A DNA stretch of 64,000 nt. Origin: Octopus vulgaris (lineage: Eukaryota). Where the stretch lies: NCBI GenBank assembly GCA_951406725.2, contig OX597817.1, positions 75,454,001 through 75,518,000 on the forward strand, in the 5' to 3' direction. Position numbers and translations under genes: made by a program. This document shows positions 13,177 to 25,657 of this stretch, piece after piece (the stretch's first letter is position 1; each line of letters starts with the position of its first letter). The notes below the pieces were generated by a model. The model was not told the origin of the DNA. It made no database searches and worked only from the letters and a program-made list of their open reading frames with translations.

Positions 13177-13574
13177 GTGTGGGTAATTCGCAATTTTACA
13201 ACCTAAATATATACGTCACTAAAGTAACAAAGGGCACTAATCAACACCAGTATTGCTAGAAATAAGAGTTAAACTAACTCACTAATCACAGAAACACTAT
13301 CGTAATGAACTGACGAGGGAGGCAAGCTCCCTACGGTTGCAGATATAGCCAGATCATCGCATTTTGATGTTTAACGCATCTAAATGCTCATCGTGGCTCT
13401 CACCGCGTTTTGGGTTAAACTCAGCTCGCCTTGTCAGCTTATTAGATTTCTGATGAAATCATACGTTGATTTCTTAAACGGTAAAAGTGAAAATTATAAA
13501 TAATATTGGTGGCTAATACACAATTTGACAACCTAAAGGCAGAAATATATACGTCACTATTAGTCAAACAAATT

Positions 13575-14048
13575 CTGTGGCCAATTCCTTTCGCATCGAT
13601 GAAGCAAATAAGCATCGTCTTGACATTGGACTTCACTTGATACGCTGTTTTGGGGCGTGGTGACATGGAATACTTCCATTGATTTGATTGCTGCTTCGTT
13701 TTCAGGTCGTAGCCATAACACCAGCTTTCGTCCCCTGTGATGATCTTCGAAAAAAGGTCCGAATCAACTTCCAACTGTTCTTTCAGATCACGGTGCGCAT
13801 TCAGTCGTGGCTGCTTTTGACCTTCCTTTCTTTTCTTTTACTTTCTTTTACTTATTTCAGTCATTTGACTGCGGCCATACTGGAGCACCTCCATTAGTCG
13901 AGCAAATCGACCCCAGGACTTATTCTTTGTAAGCCTAGTATTTATTGTATCGGTCTCTTTTTGCCGAACCGCTATGTTAAGGGGACGTAAACACACCAGC
14001 ATCGGTTGTCAAGCGATGTTGGAGGGACAAGCAGAGACACACACAAAT

Positions 14049-14085
<37 letters not shown>

Positions 14086-14540
14086 CGACGGGCTTCTTTC
14101 AGCTTCCGTCTACCAAATCCACTCACAAGGCTTTGGTAGGCCCGAGGCTATAGTAGAAAACACTTGCCTAAGGTGCCACGCAGTGGGACTGAACCCGGAA
14201 CCATGTGGTTGGTAAGCAAGCTACTTACTACACAGCCACTCCTCGTTTGTGTAACTCTTTTCATTCGCAATTCCTCGCTCAGAATTCGTCAGCAGGAGCT
14301 CCAGGACACACCAGTCATACAAGCAAGTTCGTCAACTGTTCGGCGACGTTCCTCCAAGGTCAGTTCAGGAATTTTTGTGATATTTTCATTCGTTCGGTAG
14401 GTTGACGGTCGACCTGAACGAAGTTGATCTTCAAACGACAAGTGACCATTCTTAAAATGTGAAAACCACTCGTAAACTTGTGTTTTGCTCATGACAGAGT
14501 CCCTGTAAGCTATTTGAAGTATGACAACTGTTTCGGCCGC
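13575..14540 (-). mobile_element. Mariner transposase fragments split by a SINE
   Basis: KTQVYEWFSHFKNG..SFEDQLRSGRPST (14289-14492) and IITGDESWCYGYDLKTKQQSNQWK..KTMLICFIDAKG (13590-13774). Confidence 0.85.
13828..14241 (-). mobile_element. SINE family A, full length with internal microsatellite
   Basis: Reverse complement of the 35425-35860 type. Inserted within the mariner remnant. Confidence 0.85.
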
Positions 14541-14571
14541 TATTAATAACTTTCTTAAATATTGTTAAGCT

Positions 14572-14802
14572 CTATCGACACTGACCTAAGTTAGCCCCAT
14601 CAAAGAGTTCAATGTTAACCCCGTGAAGCAGTACCAGATTTGTCCCGTCAAGCATTTTCATGTTAACACCATCAAGCGGCTCCATGTTAACCCTGAAAAA
14701 CAGCCTCATGTTAGATCCGTCAAACTGCCCCTTCAAAGCTTCTTCAAACATCTCATCAATCAGCTCCATGTTAACTCCATCATACAGCATCATCACTCTT
14801 TC
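14572..14802 (-). CDS. Candidate terminal exon encoding 8-aa repeats (DGxNMxLx)
   Basis: Acceptor TTGTCTCTGATATGACAG| at 14803. Only the phase-0 frame is open, ending in TAG. Degenerate 24-bp periodicity. Confidence 0.35.
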   Translation of the reverse strand, partial: ERVMMLYDGVNMELIDEMFEEALKGQFDGSNMRLFFRVNMEPLDGVNMKMLDGTNLVLLHGVNIELFDGANLGQCR

Positions 14803-15336
14803 CTGTCATATCAGAGACAACATACACGGAAACATTAATACAATTCTGTAGAATTATGTGGATGCCATTTAATATTCATTAAAAATATTTTAGAGATTGT
14901 TAAACATGATTAAAGAATATTGGATATCTAAATTCTGTGTAGAAAAGAAAAAAAAAATATTTCAGTTGGTGTTTTCTTCAGAAAATCTTTGATCTTAAAT
15001 ATTTAGCAGGAAAAATAAACACAATTGCAATGACGTAGTAAACAATGGATAATTTTCTAAGAAGCTTCAAATTAGAGGTTAAAACAAATGAAGAATAAAC
15101 GTGGTAAAATTAATCGAATCACAAGAAAAATAGTTATCAAAAATCTTATTTAATTAAAAACGGTGACAGCTGGAGCACTTGCACATGTTGGAAGTCATGA
15201 AAAGAGACAAACATGAAGGAAAAAAAAAAACAACTCAAAACAAAACAAAACGATTTATGAAAAACAAATAAAAACCTTGAAGATGAGACACAAAGTTTTG
15301 TTGTGGAAGAAATGACACTTTCAAGAAACGCTTAAG

Positions 15337-15443
<107 letters not shown>

Positions 15444-15467
15444 ACACGCACAAACACACACACAGAA

Positions 15468-15498
<31 letters not shown>

Positions 15499-15511
15499 TA
15501 CACACACACAA

Positions 15512-15609
<98 letters not shown>

Positions 15610-16100
15610 GGGTACATGAGACAATGTGCGCGCGCGTATGTGTGTATGTGTGTGTGCGTATATGTGTGTGTGTGTGCGCATGTGTCTATGTGTCTATGTG
15701 TGTGTACGTGTGTGTGTATGTGTGTGTGTCTCAGATAGATATACACATATGTGCACAAACAGCACGTAGAGCAAAGCTTATTTCAAATTGGAAACGTATT
15801 TCCGTTATATGTCAGAGTGTTCTTCTTAAAACGAACATATAAAGTCGGATAATGTAATGGAAATCATAATTGAGGAGAGCTGTAAGATACAATGAATATA
15901 TATTATTTATTTGTGTGTATTTGTGTGTGTGTGTGTTTGTCATTGTGTGTGTTTGTGTGGTTTACAAGTGTTTTACAAGTGGCATCGCCCACTGTACATA
16001 CATATAAACATGTACACACACCCACATATATATATATATATATAAACTACACACACACATATACGTTGATATATACGTATATATATATATACATACACAC

Positions 16101-16142
<42 letters not shown>

Positions 16143-16147
16143 GTATA

Positions 16148-16560
16148 GGCGTCGGAGTGGCTGTGTGGTAAGTAGCTTGCTTACCAACCACATGGTTCCG
16201 GGTTCTGTCACACTGCATGGCACCTTGGGCAAGTGTCTTCTACTGAAGCCTCGGGCCTACCAAAGCCTTGTGAGTGAATTTGGTAGATGGAAACTAAAAG
16301 AAGCCCGTCGTATTTATGCACATATATTATATGTATGTGTGTGTATATGTTCGTGTGTCTGTTGTTTGTCCCCCAACATCGCTTGACAACCGTGTGTTTA
16401 TGTCCCCGTAACTTAGCGGTTCGGCAAAATGGACTGATAGAATAAGTACTAGGCTTACAAAGAATAAGTTCTGGGGTCGATTTGCTCGACTAAAGGTGGC
16501 ACTCCAGCATGGCCACAGTCAAAAGACTGAAACAAGTAAAAGAATAAAAAGTAAAGAGTA
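16148..16560 (+). mobile_element. SINE family A, full length
   Basis: tRNA-like head GGAGTGGCTGTGTGGTAAG...GGTTCCGGGTTC. Tail ACTGAAACAAGTAAAAGAATAAAAAGTAAAGAG. Confidence 0.85.
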
Positions 16561-16931
16561 TATATATATATACTGAACTTTTTTAATAATTCCTTCTGGA
16601 AATTATCTTGAGAATGTATAATATATTTGTTGTAATATTTTGTGCCCATTATTTCAATGAGCTTGTTAAACTTTTTTATATTCTCAACATGCTCTTGTCA
16701 CCAAAGAATGTATATTTATATGGATTGTAGTACTCTGTGTCAACCAATATTCTGTGCATGTTTGAATATACAGATACAATACCAATACCAATATCAATTC
16801 CTTCTGGAAACTATCTTAAGCATGTCCTTAAGAATGATTATTTATGTAGTAATCTTTTGTGCCCAATATTTTAAGGAACTTGTTGAAAGTAAATAAACAT
16901 CTTTTAAATTGCATTTTCAAACCTTCTTTCG

Positions 16932-16965
<34 letters not shown>

Positions 16966-17160
16966 GATACAGATATGAATGCCTGTGTGCTTAAGAGGTT
17001 TACCTCGCAGCTGCATATTTTCGAGTACAATCCCAGTGTGTGGAACCTTGGACGCGTGTCTTTTACAATAACCTCGGAGCAAAATATATTAGACGGGAAT
17101 TGTACAGACAACCGTCCCATACATATACCTGCATGCACGCATACATCCATGCGTACACAC

Positions 17161-17213
<53 letters not shown>

Positions 17214-17261
17214 TAAGAATCAATGTTAGGCAAAACTTGAAATGATTTTTTAGAAACTTAT

Positions 17262-17351
17262 TTTCCCTGATGAAGGAGGTGGTGTCCTATAATTGATGTA
17301 AATGTCTTTTATATGACAGGACAACCGAACCCCCAGAAATGGTCGTGGGAT
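17262..17351 (+). ncRNA. Degenerate hammerhead motif with extended stem II
   Basis: TCC-CTGATGAA-GGAGGTGGTGTCCT...AGGACAACCGAACCCCCA-GAAA-TGGTCG-T-G-GGA. Confidence 0.5.
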
Positions 17352-17497
17352 TATCAACAGATTTAACAACACCCAAACATTTTAAAAGACTCTTAACTCT
17401 TTTTATGACTTCGTTCTATAATCTGTAATTCGAACAAAATATATATTTATTTTTTCAATATATTTTTTAATGTATATGTTTGTGTATTATATATTCT

Positions 17498-17560
<63 letters not shown>

Positions 17561-17588
17561 GAGAAAGAAGCAACAAGAATGGATTAGT

Positions 17589-17679
17589 TTTTAGTACAAT
17601 TCTTTCATACAAAGACAGGCTTTATTACAAGTTGCAAAAATTGCAGCAGATAAAAGTGTCCTGTACTCATCAGCTAAAA
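17589..17679 (-). ncRNA. Type I hammerhead motif with long stem II
   Basis: TTTTAG-CTGATGA-GTACAGGACA...TGTCTTTGTAT-GAAA-GAATTG-T-A-CTAAAA. Stem I has 6/6 bp; stem III is one change from the palindrome ACAATTGT. Confidence 0.75.
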
Positions 17680-17803
17680 TACATATGAGTTCTCCAAACA
17701 TCTTAGTGGGTGAGGTTATACTCATGAGACATTGGAGATAATTCCATTAAAGGCAGATATAGGTTGCAAACAGATTTCCAAAGTTCCTTAATGATGATGC
17801 ACA

Positions 17804-18000
17804 GTCTTATCACAGATTTTTAAAAAGCTTATTAGTTTCAAAGAGAAGATGAATTAATCCGTAGTGTAGATTTAAATTTCCAGAGATATGAGGAGGATGA
17901 TGCTCAGACTTATCACAGGTTTTTAAAAGCTTATTAGCTTCACAGAAAAGGTGAATTAATCCGTAGTGAAGATTTAAATTTCCAGCGATATGAGGAGGAA
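17804..18000. repeat. ~102-bp tandem duplication upstream of the 17589 hammerhead
   Basis: CTTATCACAG.TTTT...GATATGAGGAGGA occurs twice. Confidence 0.85.
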
Positions 18001-18069
18001 TTTCATACTCACAGACGATGAATTTAACCATTCAAGTAAATCCATTGGAATTTACTTGAATCTTAATTG

Positions 18070-18107
<38 letters not shown>

Positions 18108-18512
18108 ATATATTGATTACTCTATACATATTTTTATATATCTATATATTTTAATTATGTTTGATATATGGAATACACTTACTGAGAAATTCATTCATGT
18201 TGGGTCTGGGGCTGAATAAATATAAATGTATATGTGAACTTGATTTGCCTAACTTTGATTCTTACTTCTGCATTATTCTAACGCTTCAGGTTTAATATCC
18301 TGAGCACTTGAAAGTGAAGTCTATGCATTGGAGGAAATAGTTTATAATTTTCCCTTATAATCATATATATATATATATATATACATATGTTTTGATATAT
18401 ATATATATACATATGTTTTGATATATATATATATATATTATATATACATATGTGTTTATGTGTTTGATGTGTGTGTGTGTGTGTGTGTGTTTGTGTGTAT
18501 GTATCTCTATCG

Positions 18513-18551
<39 letters not shown>

Positions 18552-19480
18552 CCGTATAGTATAAACACCTGACTTATTGACATGTAAGAACAAAGGAGAG
18601 AGAGACCACAAAGTGATGCGTATTATATTAGATGGTAGGTATGAACGATAAGAAACCTAAATAGAATATATGAGCAATAAAGAACCTTAAGTACAATATT
18701 TGATAAGAAGAGAATCATTTCAAGCACACTGAAAATGAAGTCTAGAGCAACAGATGAAACAGATGCCTGCTATAGATTTATATTGGTATCAATACAAAAT
18801 GGAGTTATTTATCCCTTGCCTATGAAAGAAATATAGCCAGTCTGTCTCTACATTGCCACTCAAATTCCTTTTAACACGGAGCAGTTTTCAGGTTTCTGTG
18901 TTCATGACAGCCAAATTTTGGCATTGGCCAGTTCATTGGCTCGAACGTAAAAGATCGATACAGGCTTTGCAATGTTTTTCATCTACTGAAATATATAAAT
19001 TGCCTTATTTATCTTACCAGATTGAGTTATTCCTCTTGGTAACTGTCTTTATTTATTTTCTTAGAAATTGTGGCATCGTGCCAAGGTATGAAATTAATAT
19101 ATTTCCCCTCTTATTTTTTTGTGGCTTATATATGCACCCATCAAAAGTAATCAAATTTCATTGCAATCTTGGTAGAATTCTGATTTTAAACGCAGCTTAT
19201 TCCTGGCATAGCGCGTCGCGGGGGAAATGTTCATAGATTTATATGATTCGATTTAGTAGTGTTGTTTTGCAATATGAAATAAATAGATAAATAAATAGTT
19301 TTAACATAGGAAACTATATTTTTGTAGTAAAGCATATTAACAAATTATTTTTTAAATCTATACATTAATTGCACTGTCTTAATAAATCTCCTTCTCTTTC
19401 TTTATTCTAAGAATCTTTCTTCTTCCCCCTCTCTCTTTCGCATGCTTGAAATATCTCAGAATATGTCGAATAACTGTAAA

Positions 19481-19800
19481 GGCGCTTAGCTCAGTGGTCA
19501 GAGCCTCGGGCTCACAATCGTGAGGTAGTGAGTTCGATTCCCGGATCGAACTGTGTGTTGTGTTATTGAGTAAGGCACTTTATTTCCACGTTGTCCCAGT
19601 TGTAACGTCACTGATGCCAAGCTGTATAGGTCTTTGCCTTTCCCTTGGATAACATCGGTGGCGTAGAGAAGGGATGCTGGTATGCATGGGCGGCTGTTAG
19701 TCTTCCATAAACAACCGTACCCAGACTTGTGCCTCGGAGGAGCACTTTCTAGGTGTATCCCAGGGTTATTCATGACCGAAGGAGGTTTTTATCCTTTATA
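19481..19800 (+). mobile_element. tRNA-derived SINE, family C-related head
   Basis: TAGCTCAGTGG A box, GAGTTCGATTCC B box, then GTGTTATTGAGTAAGGCACTT. Confidence 0.75.
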
Positions 19801-20384
19801 TTCCATGGTCATTCACGACTGAAGTGGGGGCTTTAGCCTTCATATTGAATAACTGAAGAAAGTGAACCGCTCTACAAAAGTAGTATGTAGGGATATCCCC
19901 TACATGGAATATAATTCAGATTAAACTGATGCAAATACAAACGTCTTAAATCTAGCATCCATTAGAGAAACTTGTATAAAGTTTCTGTAGTGAAAACCAG
20001 ATTAATCGACCCTTAGATTAGAGTAAAAATGTTTGTTCCTTCTCGAGCCATGCCTGGCTCATAAGGGCCGGTTTCCCGGTTTCTTTGGCGTATAGGTTCC
20101 CCACCTGGTTGATTTACAGATCAACCTTCATCAAATATTTCACATATTCCCATCATCTTAGTTGATGGTTATTTCTATCGTAGTTTATAATTACCTTCAG
20201 TAAATAACCAGATAGAAATCTATTCTTAATTAGAATAAGTTCAATTATATAGGTATCAAATTGAAGAGTTAACTTTAGTATAAACATAAATATATATAAT
20301 CGCTCATATGTACACGCATGCGCTTGCACATATGCATATGTTCACGTTCACACATACCTATACACTCATATATACACATGTATA

Positions 20385-20600
20385 GGGGGGAAATTCTCAT
20401 AAAAAAAACAAAAGACGAAGACAGGTGGTGTAAACAACAAACATATGTATTAGTTTAACGCTCGGGAAGTGAAAAAGTCTTTAACGTTTCGAGCCTACGC
20501 TCTTCCACAGTAAGGAACACAGAAAGACACAGGGAGAGAAAATAAAGAATGTGTAGTGGCTAGCGATCTATCATGGCGAATGCCGGGCAGAGGGGTCATA
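20385..20600 (-). mobile_element. Short hammerhead-variant element, copy 1
   Basis: Reverse complement of 23414-23596. Motif at 20479-20514. Confidence 0.75.
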
Positions 20601-20825
20601 TAACATATATGTATCTCTATATGTACTAAATATATGTATGCATGTACTACACACACACACACACACTCCACACACCCACACACACCCACATAGACACACC
20701 CACACCCACCCACACAGACACACCCACACACACCCACACAGACACACCCACACACACACATACATAAATATAAGTTTTGTAGAGCAAACAAGACACATAA
20801 AATCTAATTTCTGAATATATATATA

Positions 20826-21070
20826 TAAATGCGCCCTTTTAAAGCCTAGCCAGGCTCATGGGCCCGGTTTCCCGGTTTCAGTGGCATATGTGTTCCCCCC
20901 AGCTGGACGGGACGCCAGTCGATCGCAGCGTTACTCATTTTTGTCAGCCGAAGCACAACGTGAAATGAAGTGTTTTGCTCAATAACACAACGCGTCGCCC
21001 GGTCCAGGAACCGAAACCACAATCTTACGATTATGATGCTGACACCCTAACCACTAAATCACGCGCCTCC
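20826..21070 (-). mobile_element. SINE family C
   Basis: Closely similar to 52697-52950. Confidence 0.85.
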
Positions 21071-22049
21071 ACACACACACACACACACACATACAACACA
21101 CACATGTATATACATACATATTATTTTTAATCGGCAGAAATTACCAAGAGACTCAAAGTCCGAGAGACTGATATGAACCATGTACGAAACTCGGCGCTTG
21201 AGTCCCTTTGTAACTTCAGTCGATTAAAAAAATAATTATCTGTCTGCCTGTCTGCCTCTATCTGTCTGTCTGTGAATGTATATGCGTATGTGTGCGTCTT
21301 TGTGATTGTACTCTTGATAACTAGTATTGGTTGTTTACACCTCCGCAACATAACATTTCTGCTAAAAAAAAAAAGAAGAGAGCGATAAAATACGCGCCAG
21401 TCTTCAGGGCTTTATTTGTCCTAGAAAACCCTTCAAGATGGTGCTCCAGCATGGCTGTAATCTAATGACTGAGACAAAGGAAATTTGAAATAACAGCAGC
21501 AAATTTCAAAGCTCTTGTTGGCAATGACTGTCAAAAACAGTTATGAACAGTTATTATTTATAGAAAATCTATTAGTTCCAAATCTCTGAACGAGAAACAT
21601 GCCGCAACAGTACTCAAAATACCTAAGCTCCACAAGTCTCTAGCGGGGAGGGGGTGGTGGTGGTGAACCCTGCTGTACTCTTTCACCACAACTTTCTCTC
21701 ACTCTTTCTTCCTACTTGTGCCATGGTGTAAACCACTATGGTGTGGTAAACTTTCAGACCCTAGTCGAGATTGCGAATCCTCTGTACCCTAGGATGGTTC
21801 AGCTCTCCACCCGTTAAAAGCCACCATTTACGGAATGAGGATAACACCGTAGCTTTCGCGCCCGTGCAACCGCCAGTCTATCGCGTGTGGTGGGTGGATC
21901 TTCAAGTTGCCACACGCATTCTTAGTAGCTTAGAGTAGGCTCGAATTAGAGATTAGTCTTTGTGGCTAATGGCGTGAGTCTTGATTGGAAGAAGAAGAAG
22001 AAGAAGAGCAACAGTACTCTAGGTTATTATTTAATTTGTCATTTAATTA

Positions 22050-22452
22050 GCAGTATTTCTTCAGACTCATTACGTTTTGAGTTCGAATTCACCCGAGGTC
22101 CACTTTGTCTATCATTCCTTAGGGAGTCGATGAAATAAGTACCAGTCAGTTACTGGGGTCGATGTAATCGTCTAGCCCCTTCCTCCGAAATTTTAGGTGA
22201 TGTGCCTATAGTAGAAAGGATTATTTAATTAATCTTAAGGACGCAAACTGGTGGACTCGTTAGCGTGGCGAACAAACTGCTTAGCGGCATTTCTTCAGAC
22301 TCATTACGTTCTTAGTTCAAATTCCGCTGAGGCCGACTTTATCTTTTATACTTTTGCAGTTAATAAAATAAGTACCAGTTGAGTACTGGGGTCGATGTAA
22401 TCGACTTCCCCTCATCTCAAAATTGCTGACCTTATGCCAAAATTAGAAACAA
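22050..22452 (+). mobile_element. Two tandem SINE family B copies
   Basis: Each has GTTC.AATTC...GAGG...ACTTT and AAGTACCAGT...CTGGGGTCGATGTAATCG. Confidence 0.8.
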
Positions 22453-23353
22453 ATATTTAGTATCCATTAAAATATAACAAACACTTCAAGAGATTACTGA
22501 ATATTATTTTAAATTATCGAAAAAATGGCAAAAAGAAAGAAAATTCCCTCAGAATCTCTTCGGCCATAAAGAGTTGGGGAAAAATAAATACAGGATTGTA
22601 ATGATTTAATAAACTGCGTAAGATGCTTGAGTTTGAGGTTAATGTAAATAATGTGGCAAAATTAATTAAATCGCACGAAATATAATTATCGAGTTATCCC
22701 ATTTAATTAAAAACAGTGTCAGCTGGAGAAGCTACGCATACTGAGTCATGAGGTGCCCCAGCATGACCGCAGCTTTGAAGCTGAAACAATTTAAAGAATA
22801 TAAATAATCTCCACTGTGAAAGAAAATACACATACACAGACAGAAACACACACACACATACACACACACTCATGCACATATTTATAAAAGCGGTTGGGAT
22901 TGCCCGCCAGGGACAACGGACGTAGTGAGATTAAGTTCACGAGCGATCACAAACCTGGAGGAACCTCTAGTGTGTTGACTGGGGAAAATCCTCTTTCTTC
23001 TTGGGTGTTACTTCTGGCCTCTTGCCAACACTAAATAACCTTAAAATCTAAACCGAAGTGGAAGACCTATTATGTCATCAGTGTGGAACAACTCTCTGTA
23101 CTCTGAAGCACATTTTAATCGAATGTTATGGCACACGGAAGGAAGATTGATACACGTGGGAGCACAAGGTCCTTAGAGAAATTGCCCAATGAATGAACTA
23201 GCAGATAGTTAAGGAGTATAAGCATCATTTGTCAACAACCAAAGGGTTCGTAAGGGAAAAGTGGTAAGGCAGAACCAGCTGTTGGTGACTCATTTCTTAT
23301 TTTGCATTAAGCCTCTAACTAGTAGATGCAAGTGAGTTTGAAGAGTAGATTCA

Positions 23354-23409
<56 letters not shown>

Positions 23410-23413
23410 TAGA

Positions 23414-23594
23414 TAGATCGCTAGCCACTACACATTCTTTATTCTCCCTCCTTGTTTCTTTCTGTGTTCCTTTCTGTGGAAGAGCGTAGGCTCGAAACGT
23501 TAAAGACTTTTTCACTTCCCGAGCGTTATACTAATACATCTGTTAGTTGTCTACACCACCTGCCTTCGTCTTTTGTATTTTTTAAAATTCTCCC

Positions 23595-23596
<2 letters not shown>
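23414..23596 (+). mobile_element. Short hammerhead-variant element, copy 2, between (TA)n tracts
   Basis: CTTT-CTGTGGAA-GAGC-GTAG-GCTC-GAAA-CG-T-T-AAAG at 23470-23505. Confidence 0.75.
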
Positions 23597-23676
<80 letters not shown>

Positions 23677-23715
23677 CTCAGCCGGATGGCTGAAACAAGT
23701 AAAAGAGTAAAAGAG

Positions 23716-23774
<59 letters not shown>

Positions 23775-24490
23775 AAACAATCGTTGTGAGCAATAAAGTT
23801 GTTCGTGTGTTCCATTTCCGTCTCTATCGTTTGTTATATATATATATATATATATATACATACATACAATAAAATGTGGTTTGCTATATGAAATGTGACG
23901 GTGATAGAGTTAGAAAGTCAAACAATGCAAGGCGGATCGTTATCGTTGTTACTGTCGGTCTTTTATGTATCCAATATTTCAAGACCTAAAATAACGGTCC
24001 GTTTTGCATTGTTTGGCCTTCTAATTCTTTCAGCGTCATACACACTTGTTATTCATTCATTTCTTAACTCTTCGTAAAACCAATCAAAACCGAACTTCAG
24101 CGAATACAACGAAAAGATCCTTTAAGCGAAACAACCAACCGGAACGACCTATAACTGTATCCGCAAGGAAACCAACCAAGCAGAACGACAAGCTTGACCA
24201 CGGAAAAAAAACTTCATCAATTCTTTAACGAATCAAAATCAGATCCGCTCGCAGAAAAAAATTTATAAATACATCTTTCCCTAAACATACCATTACAAGC
24301 GAAAGCGACTGTTTAAAGAAGATCTGAGAAACCGTAAACCAAATTTCCTTTTTTTTACTATTTTAATTCTCACACTTGTTTTTTTCAGTATGACTTGTCG
24401 ACCACCACTGAAATTAATGAACCTTGTACATTCTAACAAATTAATATAGAGTTTTAATTTCAAACTTACACCTTCTGTTTTGAACATGAT

Positions 24491-24576
24491 AATTTATCAA
24501 CATTGAAACATTTTAATTTATCAACATTGAAACATTTCAGTTTGTCAACATTGAAACATTTTGATTTGTCAACATT
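24491..24576. repeat. 24-bp tandem repeat, ~3.5 copies
   Basis: AATTTATCAACATTGAAACATTTT units. Confidence 0.85.
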
Positions 24577-24751
24577 TTTTTCTAATTTTGCATTTTTACT
24601 ATTGATAAACAAAAAAATATTGTTCAAACTAGTTTGGTATATATTTAAATAAATGTATTTTAAACATTTACGAGTTTTGTAATTTAAGTGCATTTTCAAC
24701 AACACATTTTCCTTTATTTTTTCCTGCGTGGAAACACCACTCCCTCTTTTG

Positions 24752-24794
<43 letters not shown>

Positions 24795-24946
24795 TGTATT
24801 TTGTGTATATACATGCTTATGTATATGTATAAGTTTATATACGCAAACACACACGGGCACACACACACACACACACACACACATATTAGCATATACATTG
24901 ATATAATTGTATACATACGTATATCTATCTCTATATCTTTATCTGT

Positions 24947-25252
24947 GAAGGCTTGGCTTAGTAGTCAGGATGACCTTACGGCCATGAGTTCAATTCCCGG
25001 CGGCACGTTGTGTTCTTGAGTATGACACTATATTTCACATTTATTCAGTTCATTCAAGTGGCAAAAATGAATAGTACCTATTTCAAAGGGCTAGCCTTGT
25101 TACATTCTGTGTCACGCTGAATCTCCTTGAGAACTACGTTAACAGTACACTTATATGTGGAGTACACAACCACTTGCATGTTAATTTCATGAGCAGGCTG
25201 TTCTGTTGATCGGATCATCTGGGACCCACGTCGTCGTAATCGACGGAATGCA
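24947..25252 (+). mobile_element. SINE family C-related
   Basis: TTGGCTTAGTAG...GAGTTCAATTCCCGGCGGCACGTTGTGTTCTTGAG. Confidence 0.7.
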
Positions 25253-25264
25253 AATCTATCTATC

Positions 25265-25437
<173 letters not shown>

Positions 25438-25473
25438 CTTAAAACTGCATGTATTATTCATGTATATATATAA

Positions 25474-25657
25474 AGGCGGCGAGCTGGCAGAATCGTTAGC
25501 CCGCCGTTACGTTGAGTTCAAATTCCGCCGAGGTCGACTTTGCCTTTCATCCTTTCGGGGTCGATAAATTAAGTACTAGTTGAGTAATGGGGTCGATGTA
25601 ATCGACTATCCTCCTCCCCAAAATTTCGGGCCTTGTGCCTATAGTAGAAAGGATTAT
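25474..25657 (+). mobile_element. SINE family B
   Basis: GGCGGCGAGCTGGCAGAATCGTTAGC...GAGTTCAAATTCCGCCGAGG. Confidence 0.85.

Noticed and set aside
18890-19050. Minus-strand donor/acceptor pair
   Set aside because: The implied intron is only ~33 nt and the downstream frames close quickly.
22985-23090. Minus-strand CTGATGA...GAAA hammerhead
   Set aside because: No complementary stem I strand or plausible stem III was found.
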